64,000 nucleotides of DNA, from contig CATNEN010000041.1 in assembly GCA_950097015.1 (NCBI GenBank), positions 3,348,001 through 3,412,000 on the forward strand, read 5' to 3'. Within the stretch, counting starts at the first letter, position 1; each line of letters starts with the position of its first letter. Below are positions 1-12,443 of this stretch, in pieces. The notes beneath the pieces are model-generated. The model did no database searches, was not told the DNA's origin, and saw only the letters and a program-made list of their open reading frames with translations. Source of the stretch: Macrostomum hystrix. Lineage: Eukaryota > Animalia > Platyhelminthes. Both the position numbers and the translations under genes were made by a program.

Positions 1-489
1 GCCGTACGAATAGCCAATACCATTCGGCAGTATCCTCTACTGGTGGATAACGCACTACTACCCCGTGTAGTCCGAACTTGAACTGGTTTTGTACTTCTAT
101 AACATCTATAACTCATTCTTTTTTTCTTTTTTTAGCCTTCAATAGCCTCGGGAGTCTAAAAGTTTGAAAACGGGGTCAAAATAATTCAAAATAATTCCCG
201 CTTCGGAGCGGGAATCCGAAGGATTGCCCAAACTTTATAGCCTTTGAACAGCCAGCAAGTTATCAATGCGCATCAATTTTTTGATTTAGTATTTACTGTT
301 TGTGTTAGATTTTCAGCATTTTTTAGATTTCTTCGCATAGCAACCTAGGCTGAGTAATATTTTAGTAGGCTTAATTAATGCTTTTTTTGGTAGCCACTAA
401 TTTGTTCACAACTACAATTATTTTCTTAACACTTACCAGCTGTCCCTTGTCCCTAACACCAAAAGTCTAACACCTTCAATAGTTATAGT

Positions 490-522
490 ATGACGATGAC
501 ACACAAGACAAAAGCTTTGTTG
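490..522 (+). CDS. Candidate first coding exon of the NRAMP gene (MTMTHKTKALL)
   Basis: ATG at 490, 33 nt, followed by a perfect GTAAGT donor at 523. Phase 0 fits the acceptor before 2361. No homology support; could be a UTR exon or chance. Confidence 0.3.
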
Positions 523-2360
523 GTAAGTCAAATGAAAAACAAACCACTTAGTCTTAAAGAGTTTTCAAAAAGTTTTTAACAAGGCCACTATTGAATGAAA
601 TTCAGCATGAAAAGCTTTGCAATCTTTGAAGGCAGTGTCTATTGGCACAATTTATCCACATGCATCCATGCCAATAATGCCCACCTTATCTGTATGGCAG
701 CTTGCTGGAATAGGCCACCACATTATGTACAAACACAGTTTGTACATTTTTGGAAAAGGTAGACATTCCCAGCCATGCAAATGCCCACCTGGACACCTTT
801 CTTAACACCTTTTTGAACACACTTTGAACACATTTTCTTGATTTCAATAACTTATTTACTTGATTTAATCAAGTTTTTTAAGTTTACAATTGAGCTTTTT
901 AAAGTTGTATTTCTTAAACGGAAAAGCTAATTGAATAAAATAGCTCAACAAAAGAATCTAAATAAGAGAGTTTCTATAAATGTAACAGGTTTTTTAAATG
1001 TGCTCTCAAACATTTTAAGTCTAGCAACATTTGAATTCATGTTAAAGTAGAAGTGACTTTTCCTGCTTGATTCAGGCATAGGGGCCTATATTGAAAAAGT
1101 AGGAATTCATACAGCTGGCATATACATGTACAATGTGATGGCTTATTCCACCAAGCTGCCATGTGGATAAGGTGGTCATTATTGGCACAGATCTGTGTGG
1201 ATAAAGTTAGCACTATTTGCACAGGACTGTGCCAATAAGCAGTGCCAATCTTTGAATAGCAGTCAAATAATTGATTGGTAAGAAAAGTGGACCAAGTCTG
1301 GAACAGGACATATGAAGTCCGAGCAGTCTTGAGGTGTCTTAGCATAGAGACTTAGGGCTCTACTGGTAGTCTATGAGCAAAAAGATATCAGAAACTAGAG
1401 AGCATGTCCTTTTTACTGTACTTTCAGTTTATCAGCATATAGTAAAGAAAGTTGACTGGTTTTTCAGACATATTGTAATTGACCATCTCCTTGTCTTTGT
1501 CAATAAATTCTTTATGTCACATTTTCCTAATCCTAAATTCCTCTTACCACAGAAAATCCAAGAATGTATATGAATCCATTGGCAAAAATGAATTTGTATC
1601 TCCACAGATAAGCACAGTTCAGGCATGAATAACTTTTGAACTGTATACATTCCACAATATCCACATAAAATCCAGAATATCATTTTTTAGTTTTTTTGCT
1701 ACCATATATCAACTTAACCACTATATGTATATCACATATATATATATATATAAATATATATTATTTTTCTAATAATAACTAACCATTCATGACTACTCAG
1801 AAATTTGAGTATCTGTATAGATAATATAGTTGATTACCTTTGGTTGCTTGTGGATTCCTTTTAAAAAAGGAAAAAAGGTAAAGGTCCTTGCTTAAAAGAC
1901 ATTGCTTTGCTATGGATACCCATTTTAGTCATGTATTTATCATACAAAATGCAAATAAACAAAATCCTATGGCCAATTTTTACTACTATTAACTATTTTG
2001 TGTCCCCCTTACAAAAATCGAAAAGTAAATAAGTAGGAACTCTCCTTGCATAGTTTAATATATAATGATGGGGCGTTTAGAAATATTTTAAGGTCTAATC
2101 ACCTCTGATGTTGCTTATTTAAGACCACTTTTGCCAGGAGACAGGTAGCAAGGAGTAGCATAATAATTACATAGCACAAAAACTTGTAGTTTGCTATGTT
2201 AGAGTTTGTCAGCTAACATTTGGCTAAATGCTCATGAAGCAGCACTTGCAAGTTGTGAAATTGGATCAGCAAAATGGGAAATATGTTCTTGCTAGGACAA
2301 CTTTTTAATGACAAATGTTAATAATGCCATAATTATCAGTATTGAATGTAATCTTTGCAG

Positions 2361-2777
2361 CAGTCCAGCACTGACATTCAGGCCACTTCAGGCCCACCTT
2401 CAGCAGCCGAAAGTGACTCCGAATGTGCCAATGAAACCCAGGAGCAGAGAAAACAGTCAACTTACCTGGATGAGAAAATTGCTGTGCCCGCACCTGGTCC
2501 AGAAATTTTCTCGCTGCGTAAGCTATGGGCTTATACTGGGCCTGGCTTTCTCATGAGCATCGCCTACCTGGATCCAGGCAACATTGAGAGCGACTTGCAG
2601 ACAGGAACGCTAGCCAGATTCGACCTTCTATGGCTGCTGCTTTTAGCACACGTGCTGGGACTGCTCATGCAACGGCTGGCTGCCAGGCTGGGAGTTGTTA
2701 GCGGCTCCAACTTGGCCGAGGCTGCTGCCAAATTCTACCCAGTTGTTCCTCGATTCCTGCTCTGGCTAATGGTTGAG
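2361..2777 (+). CDS. SLC11A2: NRAMP/SLC11 divalent metal transporter, exon (TM1-TM3)
   Basis: Acceptor ctttgcag ends at 2360. Encodes [31 protein letters not shown] (DPGN metal-binding motif). Donor GAG|GTGAG at 2777/2778. Symbol is family level (SLC11A1/2, Malvolio). Confidence 0.93.
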
Positions 2778-3262
2778 GTGAGCCCTCGGTTATGGTGTGA
2801 GTGTGACTGTGGTTGAGGTGAGCCCTCGGTTATGGTGTGAGTGTGACTGTGGTTGAGGTGAGCCCTCGGTTATGGTGTGAGTGTGACTGTGGTTGAGGTG
2901 AGCCCTCGGTTATGGTGTGAGTGTGACTGTGGTTGAGGTGAGCCCTCGGTTATGGTGTGAGTGTGACTGTGGTTGAGGTGAGCCCTCGGTTATGGTGTGA
3001 GTTGTGAGTGTGTGACTGTGGTTGAGGTGAGCCCTCGGTTATGGTGTGAGTTGTGAGTGTGTGACTGTGGTTGAGGTGAGCCCTCGGTTATGGTGTGAGT
3101 TGTGAGTGTGTGACTGTGGTTGAGGTGAGCCCTCGGTTATGGTGTGAGTTGTGAGTGTGTGACTGTGGTTGAGGTGAGCCCTCGGTTATGGTGTGAGTGT
3201 GTGGCTGTGGTTCAGGTGAGCCCTCGGTTATGGTGTGAGTGTGTGGCTGTGGTTCAGGTGAG
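2771..3262. repeat. Tandem array (40/49/42-bp units, 12 copies) spanning the NRAMP exon/intron boundary
   Basis: Unit ggttgaggtgagccctcggttatggtgtgagtgtgactgt. Copies start at 2771, 2811, 2851, 2891, 2931, 2971, 3020, 3069, 3118, 3167, 3209, 3251. Confidence 0.97.
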
Positions 3263-3390
3263 AGCTGCTCTGCGTTATGATTTGAGTGTGACTGAGGTGT
3301 GTTGTGTTTTAGTTATTCGAAATACCAAGCAGGAACTTTCAAGTGCGCGCTATAACTGGTGAGCTCATACTGGATCCCCGCTTATCACAG

Positions 3391-3967
3391 GTGGCCATCG
3401 TCGGCTCTGATATGCAGGAGGTGATTGGCACGGCGATCGCCCTCAATCTGTTAAGCAACGGCGCTATCCCGCTGTGGGCCGGTGTGCTCATTACTATTGC
3501 TGACACATTCACTTTCCTGCTGCTGGACAAATACGGCCTGCGTCGTCTGGAGGCCTTTTTCGGCTTCCTCATCCTTACCATGGCTATCACCTTCGGCTAT
3601 GAGTACGTGGTGGTGCAGCCGGACCAGCGCCAGGTGCTGCGTGGCTTGGCCGTGCCTTGGTGCCGTGACTGTGGCCGCCGCCAGCTCCTTCAAGCAGTGG
3701 GCACGATCGGGGCGGTGATCATGCCGCACAACATCTACTTGCACAGCGCTCTGGTCCAGTCACGTGATATCAACCGTGCAGACAGGAGGGCAATTCGCGA
3801 GGCTAATAAATATTTCTTCGTCGAGTCTTCTATCGCCCTGTTTGTATCCTTCCTCATCAACCTGTTTGTTGTTTCTGTGTTCGCCCAGGGCTACAGCGAG
3901 CAGGCCATGGGCGCAATCTACAACTCCTGTCTAGCCAACGCTAACCCTCATGCGGACATCTTCAGCG
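3391..3967 (+). CDS. SLC11A2: NRAMP/SLC11 exon (TM3-TM7)
   Basis: ttatcacag|GTGGCC acceptor joins MVE to [13 protein letters not shown]. Contains [13 protein letters not shown] (MPH motif). Donor AGCG|GTGAG, phase 1. Confidence 0.93.
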
Positions 3968-3986
3968 GTGAGACTTCAGTATTATT

Positions 3987-4832
3987 CATCAGTCATCCAA
4001 CTGCTGTCACATCCTCCCGGTCTATCAGTCACTCAACTGCTGTCACATCCTCCCGGTCCATCAGTCATCCAACTGCTGTCACATCCTCCCGGTCCATCAG
4101 TCATCCAACTGCTGTCACATCCTTCCGGTCCATCAGTCATCCAACTGCTGTCACATCCTCCCGGTCCATCAGTCATCCAACTGCTGTCACATCCTCCCGG
4201 TCCATCAGTCATCCAACTGCTAAAAGATAGAGATTAGATACTAGAGATAGAGATTAGACACGGGCCATAGAGATTAGACACAAGAGATAGAGATTAGATA
4301 CGGGCCATAGAGATTAGACACTAGAGATAGAGATTAGACACGGGACATAGAGATTAGACACTAGAGATAGAGATTAGACACGGGAGATAGAGATTAGACA
4401 CTGGAGATGTCACATCCTCCCGGTCCATCAGTCACTCAACTGCTGTCACATCCTCCCGGTCCTACAGTCACTCAACTGCTGTCACATCCTCCCGGTCCAT
4501 CAGTCATCCAACTGCTGTCACATCCTCCCGGTCCATCAGTCATCCAACTGCTGTCACATCCTCCCGGTCCATCAGTCATCCAACTGCTGTCACATCCTCC
4601 CGGTCCATCAGTCATCCAACTGCTGTCACATCCTCCCGGTCCATCAGTCATCCAACTGCTGTCACATCCTCCCGGTCCATCAGTCACTCAACTGCTGTCA
4701 CATCCTCCCGGTCCATCAGTCATCCAACTGCTGTCACATCCTCCCGGTCCATCAGTCATCCAACTGCTGTCACATCCTCCCGGTCCATCAGTCATCCAAC
4801 TGCTGTCACATCCTCCCGGTCCATCAGTCATC
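3987..4832. repeat. 36-bp intronic tandem array with a nested 20-bp array (4222-4408)
   Basis: Unit catcagtcatccaactgctgtcacatcctcccggtc, interrupted by a gagatagagattagacac(ta/gg)-type 20-mer block. Confidence 0.95.
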
Positions 4833-4944
4833 AATTCAACTGCCTGTGAATCGGGTCTGAAAACATAAAGTGAAACATAAATACGTATCCGCAACGCACT
4901 GTACAGTATCTGAGAATAAAATATATTAGCACCTACAATTTCAG

Positions 4945-5666
4945 GTAACGCCAGTAAGCTGGACATGGACATTTATCGCGGTGGCGTCTTCCTCGGCTGC
5001 CAGTTTGGCCTGGCCTGCATGTACATATGGGCGGTAGGTATTCTGGCTGCCGGTCAGTCCTCCACAATGACTGGCACCTATGCTGGCCAGTTTGTCATGG
5101 AGGGCTTTCTTCAACTGCGTTGGAAGCGCTGGCAGCGAGTCCTGCTGACCCGCTCACTTGCTATCGCGCCCACTGTCTTGCTCGCCGCCCTCACTGATAT
5201 CAATCGACTCACCGGACTCAATGACATGCTGAACGTACTCATGTCCCAACAGCTGCCGTTCGCTCTAATACCTATACTGACCTTCACTGCCTCGGACCGC
5301 TACATGTGTGAGTTCCGCAACCACCCCGTCACAAGCCTGCTAGCTGCTTTGCTTTCCACTGCTGTGGTAGCTATAAACTTCTTCTTCATGGCAGTATATG
5401 TGCAGCAGCTGCCGCAGGTTTGGTACATACTAGCACCCATTGCGCTGGCCTGCCTACTGTACTTCTGCTTTATTCTCTACCTGGTGGCTTTAGCTGCCGC
5501 TGAAATTTTCCCCACATGCTGTGGCCGTCTTGGCCAGTGTTGCCGCGGCAGTAGCGGTCAGCTGACTGGTGGCGGCGGTGGTCATGCTCCTGGCACTGCT
5601 GCACCTGACTCCGAGGCTGCCGAGCCGCTGCTTGGCAGCAGCATAATGGCCGAGCCTGCAACCTGA
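4945..5666 (+). CDS. SLC11A2: NRAMP/SLC11 last coding exon
   Basis: aatttcag|GT acceptor in phase 1 gives IFSG-NASKLDMDIYRGG. Contains the consensus transport motif QSSTMTGTYAGQFVMEGFL. TGA at 5664-5666. The three exons total 1716 nt. Confidence 0.93.
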
Positions 5667-5816
5667 GAACCCCATGCAGGTTCAGTTTTCCAACTATTTC
5701 TGTTTGCCGCTTTTTTTGTCAAGGTTATTGTCAATGTGTCTGGCATTATATTTTTGTTATTTTAAAGCATGCCCTAATAGCGCAATTGCAGAGATTCTTC
5801 AAAATAAAAATTTCTG

Positions 5817-8001
5817 GTTAGCTGCCCCTAAGGAGCGCGCACATTTTCAGCCCAAATATATAAGCTCGCAGATAGCTAAGTTAGCTGCCCCTAAGGAGCG
5901 CGCACATTTTCAGCCCAAATATATAAGCCCGCAGATAGCTAAGTTAGCTGCCCATAAGGAGTGAGTATATAAGCCCGCAGATAGCTAAGTTAGCTGCCCT
6001 TAAGGAGTGAGTACATTTTCAGCCCAAATATATAAGCTCGCAGATAGCTAAGTTAGCTGCCCTTAAGGAGTGAGTACATTTTCAGCCCAAATATATAAGC
6101 TCGCAGATAGCTAAGTTAGCTGCCCATAAGGAGTGAGTACATTTTCAGCCCAAATATATAAGCTCGCAGATAGCTAAGTTAGCTGCCCATAAGGAGTGAG
6201 TACATTTTCAGCCCAAATATATAAGCTCGCAGATAGCTAAGTTAGCTGCCCATAAGGAGTGCGCACATTTTCAGCCCAAATATATAAGCTCGCAGATAGC
6301 TAAGTTAGCTGCCCCTAAGGAGCGCGCACATTTTCAGCCCAAATATATAAGCTCGCAGATAGCTAAGTTAGCTGCCCATAAGGAGTGCGCACATTTTCAG
6401 CCCAAATATATAAGCTCGCAGATAGCTAAGTTAGCTGCCCTTAAGGAGTGAGTACATTTTCAGCCCAAATATATAAGCTCGCAGATAGCTAAGTTAGCTG
6501 CCCATAAGGAGTGAGTACATTTTCAGCCCAAATATATAAGCTCGCAGATAGCTAAGTTAGCTGCCCATAAGGAGTGAGTACATTTTCAGCCCAAATATAT
6601 AAGCTCGCAGATAGCTAAGTTAGCTGCCCCTAAGGAGCGCGCACATTTTCAGCCCAAATATATAAGCTCGCAGATAGCTAAGTTAGCTGCCCATAAGGAG
6701 TGCGCACATTTTCAGCCCAAATATATAAGCTCGCAGATAGCTAAGTTAGCTGCCCCTAAGGAGTGCGCACATTTTCAGCCCAAATATATAAGCTCGCAGA
6801 TAGCTAAGTTAGCTGCCCCTAAGGAGCGCGCACATTTTCAGCCCAAATATATAAGCTCGCAGATAGCTAAGTTAGCTGCCCATAAGGAGTGAGTATATAA
6901 GCCCGCAGATAGCTAAGTTAGCTGCCCTTAAGGAGTGAGTACATTTTCAGCCCAAATATATAAGCTCGCAGATAGCTAAGTTAGCTGCCCATAAGGAGTG
7001 AGTACATTTTCAGCCCAAATATATAAGCTCGCAGATAGCTAAGTTAGCTGCCCATAAGGAGTGAGTACATTTTCAGCCCAAATATATAAGCTCGCAGATA
7101 GCTAAGTTAGCTGCCCATAAGGAGCGCGCACATTTTCAGACCAAATATATAAGCTCGCAGATAGCTAAGTTAGCTGCCCATAAGGAGCGCGCACATTTTC
7201 AGACCAAATATATAAGCTCGCAGATAGCTAAGTTAGCTGCCCCTAAGGAGCGCGCACATTTTCAGCCCAAATATATAAGCTCGCAGATAGTTAAGTTAGC
7301 TGCCCATAAGGAGTGAGTATATAAGCCCGCAGATAGCTAAGTTAGCTGCCCTTAAGGAGTGAGTACATTTTCAGCCCAAATATATAAGCTCGCAGATAGC
7401 TAAGTTAGCTGCCCTTAAGGAGTGAGTACATTTTCAGCCCAAATATATAAGCTCGCAGATAGCTAAGTTAGCTGCCCATAAGGAGTGAGTACATTTTCAG
7501 CCCAAATATATAAGCTCGCAGATAGCTAAGTTAGCTGCCCCTAAGGAGCGCGCACATTTTCAGCCCAAATATATAAGCTCGCAGATAGCTAAGTTAGCTG
7601 CCCATAAGGAGTGCGCACATTTTCAGCCCAAATATATAAGCTCGCAGATAGCTAAGTTAGCTGCCCATAAGGAGTGCGCACATTTTCAGCCCAAATATAT
7701 AAGCTCGCAGATAGCTAAGTTAGCTGCCCCTAAGGAGTGCGCACATTTTCAGCCCAAATATATAAGCTCGCAGATAGCTAAGTTAGCTGCCCCTAAGGAG
7801 CGCGCACATTTTCAGCCCAAATATATAAGCTCGCAGATAGCTAAGTTAGCTGCCCATAAGGAGTGCGCACATTTTCAGCCCAAATATATAAGCTCGCAGA
7901 TAGCTAAGTTAGCTGCCCATAAGGAGTGCGCACATTTTCAGCCCAAATATATAAGCTCGCAGATAGCTAAGTTAGCTGCCCATAAGGAGTACGCACATTT
8001 T
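5817..8001. repeat. 63-bp tandem array (about 35 units) downstream of the NRAMP stop
   Basis: Unit gttagctgcccataaggagtgagtacattttcagcccaaatatataagctcgcagatagctaa. A few shortened units near 5955, 6885 and 7305. Confidence 0.97.
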
Positions 8002-8806
8002 TTCTGCTCTGTCGCGGAATTATTTTTGATCTTCCGGTACACCCCTTTTGTTTTTCTGTTTCCTTCACTTATTGATTGATGGATATGAGTGTGCAGCAGA
8101 ACACATTTATTTTTTCCTACTCCCAGTGAGTCCCCTGTTGTCTCATTGTCTCTTGTCTCTTACCCCTCCCGTTTGGTTATAGTTGGCCTCCCTTAAATCT
8201 CTTAACTTAAAACTTTGAAATCGAATCTAATTTTAGAAATTTCGAAACTGAAATCAAAATGTGAGCTTGAGCTTGAAGCCACAAGAACAAAACACATGAG
8301 TTAGTTGCAGCCTAATATGAGCTGGTTGAGGAAATCAGATCATAATTTATTGACGGGCACAAAAGCCAAGATATTTTGGTTTTTGGTGTTTAGCTGTTGT
8401 GCATTTGTCTCTATTTGTTCACGCTGTCAAGCTAGTGTTGGGTTCCTATTGCATGTCTTTGTCCAATAAAATGCTGTCTACACTACGGATTCGACAGTTT
8501 GCCTACATTTCCAACTGACACTCAATCAGTTCAGGTTGAAATTTCCATTCCGCAAATTCAATTCCAACACTTTTCCATCGAGTAAAACAAGTAACTATAG
8601 GCACTCATCGGTTTCATCAAAATGTACATTTCCACATTGCAAACCGATTGGAGGGTGTACAGTGTTGTCGATTAACTTTCTTGTCTCACCTCTTCACTGC
8701 TACCCAGTTTATTGCATCACCCCTCTGTATCTGTACCTTCATTGTTATAATGAATTAAAATACATTATCAGGTTTGTATTTTAGCTCCCTCAGCCCTCAC
8801 CTCTTT

Positions 8807-9572
8807 GTGACTCGTCTATGCCACTGAGCATAATTCAAACTATACTTTCAAGCTTCGTAACAAGCCCAAATATTCAAGCTCGCCCCTGCAGTGAATCGTC
8901 TATGCCACTGAGCATAATTCAAACTATACTTTCAAGCTTCGTAACAAGCCCAAATATTCAAGCTCGCCCCTGCAGTGACTCGTCTATGCCACTGAGCATA
9001 ATTCAAACTATACTTTCAAGCTTCGTAACAAGCCCAAATATTCAAGCTCACCCCTGCAGTGACTCGTCTATGCCACTGAGCATAATTCAAACTATACTTT
9101 CAAGCTTCGTAACAAGCCCAAATATTCAAGCTCGCCCCTGCAGTGACTCGTCTATGCCACTGAGCATAATTCAAACTATACTTTCAAGCTTCGTAACAAG
9201 CCCAAATATTCAAGCTCGCCCCTGCAGTGACTCGTCTATGCCACTGAGCATAATTCATACTATACTTTCAAGCTTCGTAACAAGCCCAAATATTCAAGCT
9301 CGCCCCTGCAGTGAATCGTCTATGCCACTGAGCATAATTCAAACTATACTTTCAAGCTTCGTAACAAGCCCAAATATTCAAGCTCGCCCCTGCAGTGAAT
9401 CGTCTATGCCACTGAGCATAATTCAAACTATACTTTTTAGCTTCGTAACAAGCCCAAATATTCAAGCTCGCCCCTGCAGTGACTCGTCTATGCCACTGAG
9501 CATAATTCAAACTATACTTTCAAGCTTCGTAACAAGCCCAAATATTCAAGCTCGCCCCTGCAGTGAATCGTC
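8807..9572. repeat. 84-bp tandem array (about 9 units)
   Basis: Unit starts gtgactcgtctatgccactgagc; 28-codon periodicity in ORF 8818-9597. Confidence 0.97.
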
Positions 9573-10479
9573 AGTTTCTATTTTTCAGTCCTATTAGATC
9601 TGGACAATATCTGTTCGTCTTCTGAAAGCGCCGTGAGAGAACATGGGAGGAAACAATTGAAATCGATATTATACTCGTATTATCAAGATCAAGTGAGAAG
9701 TGAGATTATAGAAGTGAAGTGAGAACCCATATCGATTGAGCGCCTGTGTGCCAGTTATAAAAAGCTTAACAGCTGTGAAAAGCAAGGCATTTTTTGTTTC
9801 CAACATAGGAAAATCTCAAACTCTCTCAATATTTCTAAATGTTTTTTGCCTGAACTGTTGCATATATTTATTAGTTATATATTTATTGAGTGTCAGTTTG
9901 AGTAGGTTTTCAAAGTATATATTGTTTTCGATTGCATCGCCGCAGCTGTCCAGTTTATTGTCAATACATAGTTCTTTTAACGCAGCTGTATTTTGCCCCA
10001 TTTTATCTCGCGTAATTGATGTTAATGGCTTGCCTTTCAGCTAGCTTTAAGTGTCGAAGCTAAATAAAAATTCTATTTCTTTCTGTACACATCATACACA
10101 TTATAGAGTTCTTCGCTGCGACTGAGTAAAATTAGTGTTCTGTATTTGCTTGTTTTCATTATCTTGTGGACCTTGTCCGTTAAGCCACATTTAAAGTCGT
10201 AAAAATTCGAAAAATCGTACATGGTTAGACAACCATACATAGTCTATCTACATACATTTTTAAGTCTAGATACTTTCTCCAGCTCACAGCTCAGTGGCTC
10301 ACAAGTCCGTATCTAGTTTTGGGTCGCTTTTGATTACTTACTCGTACATTAGACAGTAGTGTTATCGCGTGACGAGCAGTTTAATGTGCACGTCACGTGG
10401 AAGTCGTACGTTTGGGGTTGTACGTCTAACCCACTCGTAAATATATTGGCGTAAACGCTCAGATTCCGCCTCGCCAGAA

Positions 10480-11418
10480 GGTGCGTGATCACGGTCAACA
10501 CCGGGAAATGCACCAACGGTTTGCAAATCAACTCCGTTTCTGGTTTCGGCTATTGCATTATCTCAGGAAGGATAACTGGCGACCTCCCAGAACAACAACA
10601 CAACCGTTTTCCAGAACATCAGCTCCTTCGCCCTGTAGCAGATCAGTCAAAAAGTCCACGGAGCAGATATCATCCTTCACTCAGACAGCCATGCGGCGAT
10701 CCATGCCCTTCGACGCACGATTCTCGACTGCATCGCGCAACTCAACCGCTTAGGGACCTCCAACATCCTGAGGTGGATTCCTGGGCACTCGGGCCACCAT
10801 GGCAACAAACTGGCCGACAGCCATGCCAAGGCCGGTTCGACGAAACGCTTTTGGCTCCCTGCCTGCAGTCTCCGCCCCATTGCCGATTTCACCTCTCGGT
10901 GGGTGTGGGTGTCTTTGAATCAAGGACAGGTGGATCAATATTGCCGATTGTCAGCAGTTTTGCACTTCTGTTCCTTGTCCCTCCACTTCCCTCCTGGACT
11001 CAACCGCAAGGACACCAGGGCAGTCACCATGGCCCTCTCTGGCATAGCTAACTGCAAGACAAAATCCGCAGTGGGGTGTGCCCTTTCTGCCTCTCCCAAG
11101 GTTGAGAATGCGGAGCATTTTTTCTGCGACTGCCCCACCTTTACAGGGGCTCACAGGCTCATCTACCTCGGACTTCTCCGACGTTTTCAGGCGTAAGAAT
11201 ACGCCAGCTCGTTCGATACATAAGGGCCACCGGGCGAGCGACTAACTACCTCCTGGATTATCCGGAGGAGAACTGCGCTGTAGACGCCGGCATCACCGGA
11301 TCACCTGCGCGACACCGCAGCTTTTGTTACGGTTCTTTTCTTGTGGCAACCCCTGGTCGGCATGGGCGGCGACGCCTCTCCGCTGCATCCGAACGATGCC
11401 CCTGCAGCTTAGTCAAGG
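10480..11418 (+). mobile_element. 5'-truncated degenerate non-LTR retrotransposon 3' end (RNase H + C-terminal zinc knuckle)
   Basis: Manual translation gives DIILHSDSHAAIHAL...RWIPGHSGHHGNKLADSHAKAG (RNase H) and ENAEHFFCDCP, with frameshifts. The 3' end cccctgcagcttagtcaag resembles the LINE 3' end at 48753. Confidence 0.8.
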
Positions 11419-12443
11419 CATACAATAGTGTGAGTTAGGCCTCTCTTTTTGGTAAGCCATAGTTCATTTTGCAGGGGTATTTTGGGGTCCAATTAATGAA
11501 GGTCAGTATAAATAAGGACTTTCCATGTCTTCGTGTCGGAAGCCAGTTAAAGTTGTACGTAGACGTCAGGGGCTCATCACGGCTTGTTAGAAATATGTAG
11601 CTCGTACGTGGAGTCGTCAGTAGTTGAATGTGTTCTATAGAGCAGATACCAGCGTCTCCATCCTGGCCCTCACAACTGTGCATGATGACTGTCGCACATT
11701 GGCCTGAACGGCTGAGATTAGCGTATGGAACCACATTATCCATACTCTAATCTCCGCCGGTACCAATACGCAATACTGTGCCGGGCTTCAGTACTCGCAC
11801 CTCACATGAGCACTCCAGCTGCACTTAACTCACTTGCCAGGGTGGTTATTAAACAGTGTGGTCAGTATATACCAGTGGAGAATGGTCATATCGTGGTGCA
11901 CCAAATGTTTATGACCTCTGGCGCGTCTACTAAAGTTTTTAAACCACGTTCTTACATTGATCTTATCAAATCATCAATCATTAAAAAATCATCAGTAATT
12001 CACCTTGTCTACAATTGTCTAGAGGGTTCAAAGAAGTATACACAAGCCAATTTAGACAACCGAAAAATGTAATTAGAAATAGCTCATGAACTGAAATAAG
12101 GTTAAAAAATCGCAGTTTTATTAATTCCAATTCATTTGATTAGTTGCTGCACAAAGCTATAATCACTGTGATAAACTAGAGGAAAGACAAACATATTGAT
12201 AGAGAGGGCTAGATAAGCTAAAATAAGCTAGACTAAAAAATACTAATCTACGAGCATAATAAGTTTCTATGCTCGTAGAAACATCAGCAAATTAAAGCTA
12301 TGCAAGAAAAATTGAAGCGCGAGAGTGGTATGATTGAAGCATTGCACCTCCTGCAGCAGGATGGGACATGATAGGATCATAGGACACATTCAAGAGCGAA
12401 ATTCGCTAAAACAAAAAATAAAAACTTGATATACCAAGGCTGC

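Noticed and set aside
3968-4230. Intron-retention extension of NRAMP into the 36-bp repeat
   Set aside because: The frame is open simply because the unit is a stop-free multiple of 3; retention would delete essential TM segments.
8818-9597. 259-aa ORF
   Set aside because: It consists entirely of nine 84-bp repeats, with no domain or splice support.
9600-10050. Possible Penelope-like or other transposon ORF remnant on the minus strand
   Set aside because: Only a vague resemblance, with no diagnostic motif.
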